NCBI GenBank assembly: GCA_011109175.1
Contig: RDEW01000009.1
Coordinates: forward strand, 1,382,950 to 1,446,949
Length of the DNA: 64,000 bases
From: Dicyema japonicum
Taxonomy: Eukaryota > Animalia > Dicyemida
Reading direction: 5' to 3'
This document shows, one piece after another, positions 25,501-37,788 of the stretch. The notes beneath the pieces were generated by a model that saw nothing but the letters and a program-made list of their open reading frames with translations, ran no database searches and was not told where the DNA came from. The first letter of the stretch is position 1, and the number at the start of each line of letters is the position of its first letter. The position numbers and the translations under genes are program-made.

Positions 25501-28500
25501 GGGCATCAAACCGTCAGCTCACTAAGGAAGCCGTGTTTTATTACTGTGGAGATGGAAAAACGAGGTTTTCTTTTATTTATTTCAGAGTTTCGTGGATCAA
25601 ATGCTATCAGGGAATGTTTTGCCTTGCAGGGAATCAAATCTGGTGGACGTGGGAAGTTGAGGACGTTTTTGAAAAACTAAAAAACGGAAAGAAAGCAGCA
25701 CTCAAGGATTATCTGAAAAATCTTCATCAACAAATCAATGATTTAGTAATTCAGGTATGTTCTTCGTTTATGGTCAGGTTCGGTCCCCACTTTCCAGGAA
25801 CGACAGAAGGAAGTTCAACACAATATTAATAATTGATGTTCATTCCCGAGACATTGTCGACAGTTTCGTCAGGAATAGGTTTAACCTCTGCGTAATTTTC
25901 AGTGTCATGAATGTCAAAGAGTTTGAGTGGGACAGTCAGTTACGATTTTATTGGATCAAAGATGTTGATAATCTGGTGGTCAAACAATGTACGGGGGAGT
26001 TCAATTATGGCTACGAATATATGGGCTTAAATGGGAGACTTGTTATAACCCCACTTACTGATAGAATTTATTTAACTCTTACGCAGGTATTGGCAATTTG
26101 ATTATCCAGGCTCTATCAATGAACCTCGGTGGATCCCCGGCGGGACCTGCTGGAACTGGAAAAACGGAAACTGTGAAAGATTTGGCGAAGGCGCTTGGTC
26201 TCCTCTGTGTTGTTACAAATTGTGGGGAAGGAATGGATTATAAAGTACAATAATGCTTATTTGAGGCTGTCGGTAAAATATTTTCAGGTCTCTGCCAATC
26301 TGGAGCCTGGGGATGCTTTGATGAGTTTAACAGGATTGATGCTTCAGTCCTGTCTGTAATATCCACCCAATTGAGGACGATTCAGACTGCCTTGATAATG
26401 AAATTGAAAAAGTTTCAGGTATAAATTGGAAACCAACGAATAGTTTGAAGGCGTGGAGATACCATTTGATAGTCGTGTTGGAATCTTTATAACCATGAAT
26501 CCTGGTTATGCTGGGAGAACAGAACTTCCAGAGTCCATCAAAGCTTTCTTTAGACCAGTAGTTGTGGTTGTGCCGGATCTCCAGCAGATTTGTGAAATTA
26601 TGCTATTTTCAGAAGGCTTCTAACGGCCAAGGTCATATTTCGTTTAATATTAAAGGTATTGGCGAAAAAAATGACGGTTTTATATAAACTGGCCAATGAG
26701 CAGTTATCGAAGCAATATCACTACGATTTTGGACTCAGGGCATTAAAGTCTGTTTTGGTCATGGCTGGTGACTTAAAACGAACTTCACCCGATCTTCCAG
26801 AGGCAACTCTTTGTAATCAAATAGATAGGATGTTGTGCTGATGCGAGCTCTAAGAGATATGAATTTGCCAAAATTTGTCTTTGAGGACGTTCCACTATTC
26901 CTTGGACTTATATCTGATCTATTCCCAGGTCTTGATTGCCCGAGAGTCCGCTATCCTGAATTTCACGGTGCTGTCGAGTCTTCCTTAAAGGAAAACAATT
27001 ATATACTGCTGGAATCTCAAGTGATCTAATTAAACACATTTAGGTCGACAAAGTAGTGCAGCTCCACGAAACGATGATGACTCGGCACACGACTATGATC
27101 GTTGGACCCACTGGTGGAGGAAAGTCTGTTGTCCTTAAAACCTTCGCAGATGCCCAGACTAGGTTATAATTGTTGTTAGACCTCCAGACTTGGCATTAAC
27201 ACTAAATTGTTCATTTTAAATCCAAAAGATAGACCAGTCATTGAATTGTACGGAATTTTGGATCCTGTAACACGTGACTGGACGGATGGTCTTTTATCAA
27301 ATATATTTCGTGATATAAACCGCCCTCTTCCTCCAGAAAAGAACGAGAAACGATATATTGTATTTGACGGGGACGTGGATGCCCTGTGGGTGGAAAACAT
27401 GAACTCAGTTATGGATGATAACAAACTTCTCACTCTGGCGAACAGTGAGAGAATAAGACTGCAGTCACACTGTGCACTGCTATTTGAGGTGAGGAGTTGA
27501 TTTTAACTTCAAGGTCGGTAATCTAAAATACGCGTCTCCTGCTACAGTGTCACGTGCTGGGATGGTTTACGTAGATCCCAAAAATCTCGGATATTTCCCC
27601 TATTGGAAGAAATGGGTCAATTTATTTGAGTTTCCTTCGATGCAAGAAAACCTTGAGAGTCTTTTTTACAAATATGTGGATTCCTTGATAAATTTAATGA
27701 CAGAAGGGGTAATGTCAGGAAACCAAAAAGTCAGAATGAAGACTTTCATTCCTCAAACATCCCTGAACATGGTATTTTACATTTTTATCAAGGTCGCACA
27801 ACTCTGCACGTTTTTAAAAATGACTTTAACCAAAGAAATTCTTGATCCTGACGAATTGGAGGCCGCATTTATCCAAGCTCTAACTTGGAGTATCGGAGCC
27901 ACTTTGAATGAAACGTGTCGTGATTATTTTGACAAAGAACTGAGAATGATTGTTGGAAAAAATGCTGTTGCAAATGATAGAACCTTAGCAGGACCAAGTA
28001 CGATTAAATGTTATGTAAGACGAACTGCCTTGTTGTGATTATCTGTTGTATGATTATTTCTGGGACATGTCTTCTTGTCAGTGGATTCCCTGGAAACAGC
28101 TAGTCCCCAAATATGAGCACGATACGTCGAAATTGTTTCACGAAATTCTCGTCCCGACAATTGATACAATTCGAGGGGAATGGTTTCTTGAATTGTGCCA
28201 TAAAAACAACAAACCAGTAATATTTGTAGGCGACACGGGAACATCCAAAACTGCCACAATTTTAAATTACCTAAGAAAAATGGACGCTGAGAAAACAGTA
28301 ATCACAAATATAAGCGTAGGTTTTCATAAACATGAATTTTTCATCACGGACGACTTCTCTGGACGTCCAACGAATATTGAATCCAATATAGAGAAACGAA
28401 GCAAAGATTCGTACGGTCCAACCCCAGGAAAGAGACTTTTGATATATTTGGACGACTTGAATATGCCCCAAGTACGCCTTACCTTAATCATAGGTCGATA

Positions 28501-31500
28501 CATACGGGACTCAGCAGCCGATTGCGTTGCTCAAACAACTGCTTGATCGTGGAGGGATCTATGATAGACAAAAAGATTTAAATTGGAAGATTATCAAGGA
28601 TGTCGACTATTTTGGATCCATGGGAATTCCAGGAGGTGGTCGAAATGAAATTGATCATCGTTTTATTTCAATGTTCACAGTAATTGCCATGACTTTTCCA
28701 TCCGACGAATCCCTATTTAGCATATATAACTCTATTCTGAGTTCCCATTTGAAACCCTTCGATGAAGAAATCAGAAATATATCCTCGGTTATTACAAAGA
28801 TGACGATTAAGCTTTACTGGTGAGTTTGCTGAGTTATTTAAAGGAAATGTGTGAAGGAATTACCACCGACACCTTCTAAATTCCACTATATCTTCAATCT
28901 GAGAGATTTGTCTCGAATCTTCAACGGATTGTTGTTCTCCACCAATACTGCTTATACCAGTTTGGTTAAATTCGTGTCTCTGTGGAGGAATGAGTGCTGT
29001 CGCGTTTTCAGGGACAGACTTATAAATGCGCAGGATCAAACCCTTATAAATGTAAATTACTGAAAAATTCTAGAATTCAATTAAAAATATCGTAGAAGAG
29101 TCCTTTAACAAGGAATCGGAGAAGATTCTCTTGGATCCCGTAATTTTTGGTGACTACGATCCTTCTGTTCAGGGATACAAGACGTATAACCAAATCGAAA
29201 GCTATGAAACAGCTCAGATGCACATTCAAGAGGTTCGGTTAAATAAAAAAGTACAGATTTTGGAAAACTACAATGAGAGCGAATCTCAAATGAACATAGT
29301 TTTATTCAACGACGCTATAGAGCATTTTACACGTGTTCACAGAATATTTAGGACAAGTCGAGGACACCTACTTTTCATTGGAGTCGGAGGAAGTGGAAAA
29401 CAAACGCTTTCCAAACTCGCAGCGTTTGCTTGTGATTACAAAGTCTTTGAGATAAAGTTGACTCGATCCTATAACGAAACTTCATTGAGGGAAGATTTGA
29501 AAATATTGTACAACCAATTGGGGATAGAAAACAAAAAGACGGTATTTATTTTCACCGACGGAAATATTGTCGAAGAAGGTAGTAGTTATCAACATTTCAG
29601 GTTTCTTGGAGCTAATAAATAATATGCTAACTTCAGGGATCGTTCCTGCCTTATACACGGAGGATGAGAAAGAAGCCATCATCGGCCAGGTTTATTTTTA
29701 TCTTCAATGGTAGATTCGAGAAGAAGCCCTCAAAATATTGTCGAGCTCGTCAAAGGAAGAGATTTGGAATTATTTTGTGAATAAGTGCGCCAACAATCTC
29801 CATATTGTGTTGTCGATGACACCAACTGGAGACCTTCTAAGAACTCGCTGTCGAAATTTTCCTGGTTTTCATGCAAATATTGAATCATAGGGATGGTCAA
29901 TAACTGCACAATCGATTGGTTCTATCCATGGCCAGATCAGGCACTCCAGTCTGTCGCATCCATGTACATACCATCAGACGTTTACGCTTTGATTTAACGA
30001 TTTAGAATGTATTGATTCCTTCAGACAAGCGGGAAGACATTATAAGCCACATTATGATGGTTCACAACTCGGTTAGTGACTTTTCCGTCAAATTCGAACA
30101 ACGGCTTAGACGTAAAAACTACGTAACCCCCAAAAATTACCTGGATTTTATCAAAAGCTACTTGAATCTGTTGAATTCGAACGATAATTATATTTTATCA
30201 CAGGTTTATAGACGATGGTTCATTATTAGTGCGAAAGATTGGAGACCGGTTTGAAGAAAATTGAGGAGGCAGGAGTTGAATTGGTGGAAATGAATGAAAA
30301 ACTGGAAAAAACAAAAAAATTGCTGTGGCAATCAAATCCAAAGCATGCGAAGAATTGCTTCAGGAAATTTCAACTGGGACACAAACCGCCGAGGAACAAA
30401 AAATAATTGCAACCGAAAAGAGTGTTGAAATTCAGGAAAAGAGTGTTATCATTGGACAAGAAAAGGTTGAGTGACTAAATTAAACTGTCAGAAAGAAGCA
30501 GAGAATGCACTTAACGAAGCATTGCCGATCTTGGAAGCTGCCAGACTTGCTCTTGCCGACTTGAATAAGTCTGACGTTGTTGAGATTAAGTATCCTTCCT
30601 ATTTATCTTCAGATCCTTTTCTAAACCACCTAAGCCCGTACAATTTGTATGTGAATGCGTTGCTGTTTTTCTGGATCTAAAGAAGTCTCCTGGAAGGCAT
30701 CTTTGGCGGTAATGTCCCAAGCGAATTTCATCAAAGTCCTCATGGAAATGGACGTAGACGGTATAACAGGAAAACAGCTTAATTTTGTAAAAGGTAAAGC
30801 ATAATGCCAACAAATAGGCCATCTTAGCGGTAAGGAAATGGCTGATGTGACCATTGAATCAATGCGGGCTATCAGTAAAGCAGGTGCGGGACTGCTCAAG
30901 TTTGTTAAGGCGGTGATTGGGTACTGTGAGGTGGCCAGGTTGATTAAACCAAAAAGAGACAGAGTTTTTTTAACAAATCAATATTAGGTTGCCAAATTAG
31001 AAAAAGAGTTTTTCACTGCTAAGAAGGAATTGAACTATGTGATGGAATCCCTGAAAAGACTGGAGGAAGAATTGAAAAGTCTGGCGAAGAAATACGAAGA
31101 CGCATCCTTAGAAAAACAAAATTTAATGAAAGAAACGGAAATTATGGAGAGAAGGCTAATAGCTGCTGACAAATTGATAACAGGACTGAGTTCTGAAAAA
31201 ATAAGGTTTACATGTCTAAAACATAAATTAGATGGAACGAAGACTTGGAGAAGTTCAAAATTTCCAGAGTCAAACTCCTTGGTGATTGTTTGCTCTCAGC
31301 ATCTTTTCTGAGTTATTTGGGGCCTTCAGCTACGAATACAGATACGAAATGCTCTACAACTTATGGCATGATAGTGTTGTCAAGAGTGAAATTCCTTTGA
31401 GCCAACCCTTTAAGGTAGAAAACCTGCTAGTCAACGATGTCGAAATTAGCCAGTATGTCTAAATGAGAATTATACCCAGATGGAACTCTGAAGGTCTTCC

Positions 31501-34500
31501 ACCAGATGAACTATCGATCCAAAACGGAATCCTCACGACAAGGTCCAGTAGATATGCTTTGTGCATTGATCCGCAGCAACAGGCCCTCAACTGGATTAAA
31601 CAAAAAGAAGAGAAGAACAATTTAAAAGTATTCGTCCAGTAATGCGAAGATTTGTACTTTTAATGACAGTGACTTTTTAAAACAGCTCGAATTGGCCATA
31701 AAATACGGTTTCCCAGTTTTGTTCAAAGACGTTGACGAATTTATTGACCCAATAATCGACAATGTCATTGAAAAGAGAATTTTGGGTAACTTCTATCAAT
31801 AACCCCATTAGGTGATGTTGGCAGGGAGTTTATCGTCCTGGGGGATAAGGAGATTGACTATGATTCGAATTTCCGTTTATACCTCAACTCCAAGTTACCC
31901 AACCCCAAATACGACTCGAGCATTTACGGAAAACTTATTGTCATAAACTACACTGTTACATTACAAGTTTGCCACGTGTCTAATACAAGGGACTTGAGGA
32001 TCAACTTCTCAGTGTCCTGGTTAAATTTGAAAGGCGGGAATTGGAAGAAAAACGCGAAAGACTCATCCAAGAAACCAGGTTTTAAATACTCGGCAATTTA
32101 GTGAGAATAAAAACCTTTTGAAAGACTTGGAGGACTCCCTGCTCAGGGAACTCACCACATCAACTGGAAACATGCTTGACAACACAGAACTCATTGAAAC
32201 GCTGGAGGAAACTAAAATGAAGGCATCCGAAGTTTTTCGTTTATTTGACGAATCAGGTTAGCTTGAAATTGAAAAATGGGATCATAACTTCGCGAGATAT
32301 CGAAAAATTGCGTGATGGGTACCGTCCTGTTGCTAGAAGAGGAGCTATTTTGTTCTTTGTTCTTGCCGAACTATCCTTAATTAACTCAATGTACCAGTAC
32401 TCGCTTTCTGCCTTCCTTGAAGTTTTTCAGTTTTCCTTGAAAAAGAGTTTACCTGACTCTAAACTCGTCAAAAGACTCGAAAATATAATAAATAGCTTAA
32501 CATACAACGTCTACTACTATGGATGTACAGGTGGGGGTTTCTATTCTTAAACCAGGAATTTTCGAAAAACATAAACTTCTTTTTTCGTTTCAAATTGCTG
32601 TGAGAATTCTAGAAAATTCTGGGGACATCAAACAGGAAGAAATTGACTTTTTCTTGAAGGTTCTGCTTGACTGAATTTTAGGGAAATGTCTCTTTGGAAA
32701 AAAGCTCAATTGAAAAGCCATTCGATTGGTTGAGTGATAATAACTGGGATAACCTTGTGAGGCTTAGTGAGATCGGGGGAAACCTATTTTCAACGCTAAT
32801 CACAGATATTTCCAAAAACGAAGAAATCTGGAAAGAGGTAGTTGAATAATCTCAAATCAGTGGTTCAACCTGGATTCCCCAGAAATGGTGGAGTATCCGA
32901 TGAAATATGAAAATTGTTCAAATTATCAAAAACTCATGCTTTTACGATGCTTCAGAGTTGACAGAATTTACAGAGCCATGGAAAAGTTTGTAAAGGATTC
33001 CATTGGAGAGCAATACATATCTCCCCCAATAATCACATTCTCAGCAATTTATGAGCAAAGTGTTTCCTCTTCCCCTGTTGTGTTTATTCTCTCCCCCGGT
33101 TCCGATCCTGCCAAAGATTTGGTGAAATTGGCCGAGAGTTTGAATTTTGACCCCAATCGAATCAAGTTTCTGTCGATGGGGCAAGGACAGGAATTGGTCT
33201 TTCACTTTGTAATTTGGATAGATTGCCTTACAACATTTGGACATTGCTGTACAACGGGGACATTGGTTGATGCTCCAAAACTGTCATTTATTAGCAAAGT
33301 GGTTGAAAGTATTGGAGGAAACTCTGGAAAAGATTATTAAGCCACATCCCGAATTCAGGCTTTGGATTACGACAGAACCTTCGGAGATGTTTCCCATTGG
33401 AATATTACAGAGGTCCATGAAAGTACAATCAAATAATTTTTGAGGTCGTCACCGAACCTCCAAATGGACTTAAATTGAATCTCCATGGCACGTACATGAA
33501 AATCTCAGACTCTGAGTTCAAGGAAACTCCCCATCCTGCCTTCAATCCCTTAGTGTTTGTTTTGGCATTCTTCCACGCCGTCGTACAAGAAAGAAGGAAA
33601 TATGGAAAAATTGGGTGGAATATTTCGTACGACTTCAACGACTCTGACTTTTCTGTCTGTTTTGACATTTTAAAGACATATCTGACTAAAGCTAGTGATG
33701 CCAATGAAGAGAAGATCCCTTGGAATAGCCTGAAGTATTTAATAGGAGAGGTTGGAATGTAATTTGAGGTTAAAGGTGATGTATGGAGGTCGAGCAATCG
33801 ACGAGTTTGACAGGAGAGTACTCAGAACTTACATGAATGAATATATGGAAGACTTTATTTTTGATACATTCCAAGTATTCCACTTTTACTCGGACAAAAA
33901 CGTGAAATACTGCATTCCACCAGATACTGGCAAAAAGGAAGGATATTTGGGTTACATTGAAAGTCTGCCGTTGTCAAATACACCCGAGGTCTTTGGACTT
34001 CACCCAAATGCTGAGATATCAACATATACCACGGTTTTTCAGTTTCCGTTAGTTGATTAGGCAGCAAAGACAATTTGGAATCATTTAATTGACATGCAAC
34101 CGCAGACTGGAAGTACGGGACTTGAAATGAGTCGGGACGAATTTATTGGGAATATTGCTCAGGATATCCTCAAAAAATTAGCGGAACAGTTCAACCTTGA
34201 GGAAATAAGGAAAGGAATGGGCACTGACATTGAGCCAACGACAGTAGTACTCCTTCAGGAAATCGAGAGATTCAACAATCTCACAAGTAAAATTAAGTCG
34301 TCCCTGAATTTGCTCAAGAAAGTAAACCTTGCTGTCAAATTAGGCACTTATTGGTGAAATTGGAATGAGTAATGAGTTGGAGGAAGTCTCACGTGCTTTG
34401 TTTAACGGAAAGATCCCGGAAATGTGGAGGAAATTGGCGCCAATGACGTTGAAATCACTAGGGAGTTGGATCGAGCATTTGCTGCGGCGTCATGATCTTT

Positions 34501-35031
34501 ATAACAATTGGATAATCGACGGTGAGCCCAACGTAATGTGGTTATCCGGAATCCACGTGCCTGAATCCTATCTGACAGCTTTGGTCCAGACGACTTGTCG
34601 TTTGAACAAATGGCCTCTCGATAAGTCAACCTTGTACACAACCGTCACCAAGTACAAAACAGAGGAGGATGTGAGCGAAAAATTACACCAAGGTATAATT
34701 GACGATGACTTTAGGCTCCTTCATTCAGGGACTTTTCATTGAGGGTGCATCCTGGGACATTGACAACAGCTGTTTGATTCCTCAAAAACCCAAATGTCTT
34801 GTCGAGCCCCTTCCGATTTTAAAGATAACTCCGATCGAATCGCACAGACTGAAGCTCCATGTAATAAATATTAAACATTTTCAGAATACCTACAGGGCAC
34901 CTGTCTATGTGACTTCTGACAGAAGAAACGCTATGGGAGTTGGTTTGGTCTTTGAAGCTGATTTGGCGACAACCCGTCATTTAAGTCACTGGATTCTTCA
35001 GGGAGTCTGTCTGACCTTAAATAGTGACTAA
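19525..35031 (+). CDS. DNAH10: Axonemal inner-arm I1/f dynein heavy chain 1-alpha
   Basis: [13 protein letters not shown]-loops [24 protein letters not shown] and GVGGSGKQ, and C-terminus [14 protein letters not shown], all characteristic of DNAH10. About 69 introns traced, all 21-27 nt. At least 7 small frameshifts. Confidence 0.93.
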
Positions 35032-35099
35032 AACAATTTAAATTAATAAAAATAATTAAGTTTCAATTAATTTTAGAAATGGACTTATAAAATCATATG

Positions 35100-35800
35100 T
35101 TAATATAAATTTGGGAGAATACTTAAAAATATGAATCAACACCGATGGGCCTGTCTGATCGCTGGGAGGTCTGAAGGAAGCGGAACATGGATTTATGTTT
35201 TCCCGATTGGGAACATTGACACGCACCTGGATGATGAGATAGTCCGCATGGATCTCTGTCCATCTGGGTTTGAGAATATGCCAGGCTCAGCGTTTTCGAT
35301 GCGGGGGATTTGTCGACACTTATGGACATCATGCCCTCTCATGCAGAAGAAGTGTGGGGCGATTGAATGATGTCGTGAAACGCGCACTGGAGTCTTCCCG
35401 ACATCATTCCATACTGGAACTCACTGGTCTAGACAAGGGAGTCGGAAAACGACAAGACGGAGTTTTGGATGCAACATGTGTTGTTCCGTTCGAGGAAGGG
35501 AAACTGTTAGTTTTGGATGCAACATGTGTCAATTATCCGTCCTCGCCAACATCATCGGGAGCGCGGTAAAGGTACTTTTCGCCTCAGATAAAGCAGAGAG
35601 AGCTAAAGAAAATAAGTTTAGAGGACTTCTTGACCGATATACCCTCCGCGAGACAACCGGAGCGATAAGCAGTAAGTCCCCAGTCTTGCTCAAGAAACTG
35701 GGACGTATTGTCTCGCTCAGAAGCCATGTTAACTGCGAGACACACTGGCTCATCCAGTTGGTCTCCATAGGGGAAACGCCGCGTCAATAAAGTCTGTGGG
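35100..35800 (+). mobile_element. CRE-like non-LTR element 3' portion (zinc finger + RLE), decayed
   Basis: CGGFVDTYGHHALSCRRS, NDVVKRAL, GKRQDG. Related pieces lie at 37510-37690 (+), 46214-46320 (+), 55730-56090 (+) and 57490-57790 (-). Confidence 0.8.
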
Positions 35801-37788
35801 AATGAAATAATTACTTTCTAAAAATTATATTTCGTAAAATAAAAACCAAATTATCCAGTAATTTTTCATTTCAAGTGTTGGTTGAGTGGTTAACACCTCT
35901 CTAATAATGTTTATGTCTTTATCGTACTTTCAGTCCGTCTATTCTACTCTGTTTTCAATTGCAACTTTCAACGTCAGGGGACTCGTTTCGAACATTAAAC
36001 AGAAGACGTTATGCATGGATTCTTCGATGAACTGAGGAGACGTGCGAGGAGGAAAGTTACATGGAGAAAACTGTTTGAACGGATAGTGAAGAGCACGGCA
36101 AAAACGGAACCCTAAGTATTTATGTGATTATGGGTAATGCGGGAGTGCATTTAACTAACTTAGCTAACTAGTCAATACTGACCTAATCAAGTGCTTTTTT
36201 GTTATTTCCCTTTCTTCGATGACAAGTCCACAATCCAGGAAGCCACCAACAGAGTCATCGGTCCTAATACTGAGTCTATGACTCTTGAAGAATTTCTACT
36301 CGAGCGATGCCAACCTACCAGCCAGTTTCCTCTACGACACATTTATCAAATACCTCACACCCACGAGATGCGAGAAAACTCCAAGTCCTTTATGGATAGA
36401 TGTTCAAGATGCCATCCCCGCCGGTTTAAGCTCTTCTTTGTCAGTCAGTTATCTGAGAATGTTCTTTTATCCTTTAACCCCGTTATGGTTCGTTGGGGAG
36501 ATGAAGAATCACTTTGACCAAAGGTTGGCTGGAGTATATAGAGGAGAGGAATGCTGGGTGTGATATATCTGTAGGGGAACAAATTCCAAGACCTCCGAAG
36601 CGGACAGTTAGGGTTGCCTGAATCCAGTCTTTATTGTCGAACTTGACGTTGGTAAGAAGTTCGGTAATATAACGGAAGTGAATTTATCGATCCGAGCTGT
36701 TGTATTCTCGGGAAACAAGGTGCACCATGAAGTACGCGGTTCAGTTTAAATGTTATCAGTGCAGTCCTCAAAAAGAAGAGGGCGTATGTACGTCTAGCAT
36801 TTATGTGCATTAAAACCTCCTGAAATGCCGACCCTAACCTAGGCTGGTTGCAGGTGTTTGACAAACCTGGGAGAACTGGCTTGCACGCATCAATATATGG
36901 ATTTCAATCCTCACCACTGATTAGTATCAACATTTATTGTACCTGATCGACCGACTACTTGGCTTTCTGGCATTAATGGAGTCAAATCTTTTTGTCAAAG
37001 TATAATTCCTATCCAGTAAGAATTCATCACTTCAAACTATAAGAAACCATCAGCCGGTGCATGATGAGTGTTTGCGAAGTTGAAGATACTAAAGAGGAAA
37101 ACACTAGGTGCCGATAGACAGATGGTTTTCTCGACGGATCTCAGTGATATGTCTGGAGTGTTTTTCCAAACACGATGCAGTTGATGAAACAATCGGAAGA
37201 CCTACAGGAATGAAAAAAGAGAACCCAAAACGACATTGACATTAAGGAGTAACTCTCAGTGCATTAAAGAGTGCTCCCAATCAATATTTAATTTAATTTT
37301 AGTCGCAGCTGAAACCTCAAAGATCTAGGACCCAAGTCGCTTTTCTTCCAACATTTTATAGCATCATTGATAGCAAAAAGGAAAAGGGTCAGTCATGAAT
37401 ATGGATAGAGTGCATTGCCATACAAATCGTAAGAAAAAAAGCGTCTTCAATCACGAAAACTACCATACTAGTTTAAAACTGGAAAAGTACGCGGTCCTAT
37501 AGGAGGATTTTTGTTTGTTCCGCTCGCAGTTGAAACTGCGACGCTGGAATTCTTGAGTCGTCTAGGGAATCGGATTTCTGCACGAACAGGAGATCCCCGT
37601 GAGAGCGGCTGGCTATTTGAGCGAACCTCACTCGCCACCATGAGATGAAATAGCCACGCGGTCAGGGCGGCCGCTGTATCATTTTTTTGTTTATTTTATT
37701 ATGTTTAACAATAAATAAAAATTTACAACTCTTGAATTTCATTAAAAATAAATTTTTTATTAAATTGCTAAAAATAAGAAACAAAATA

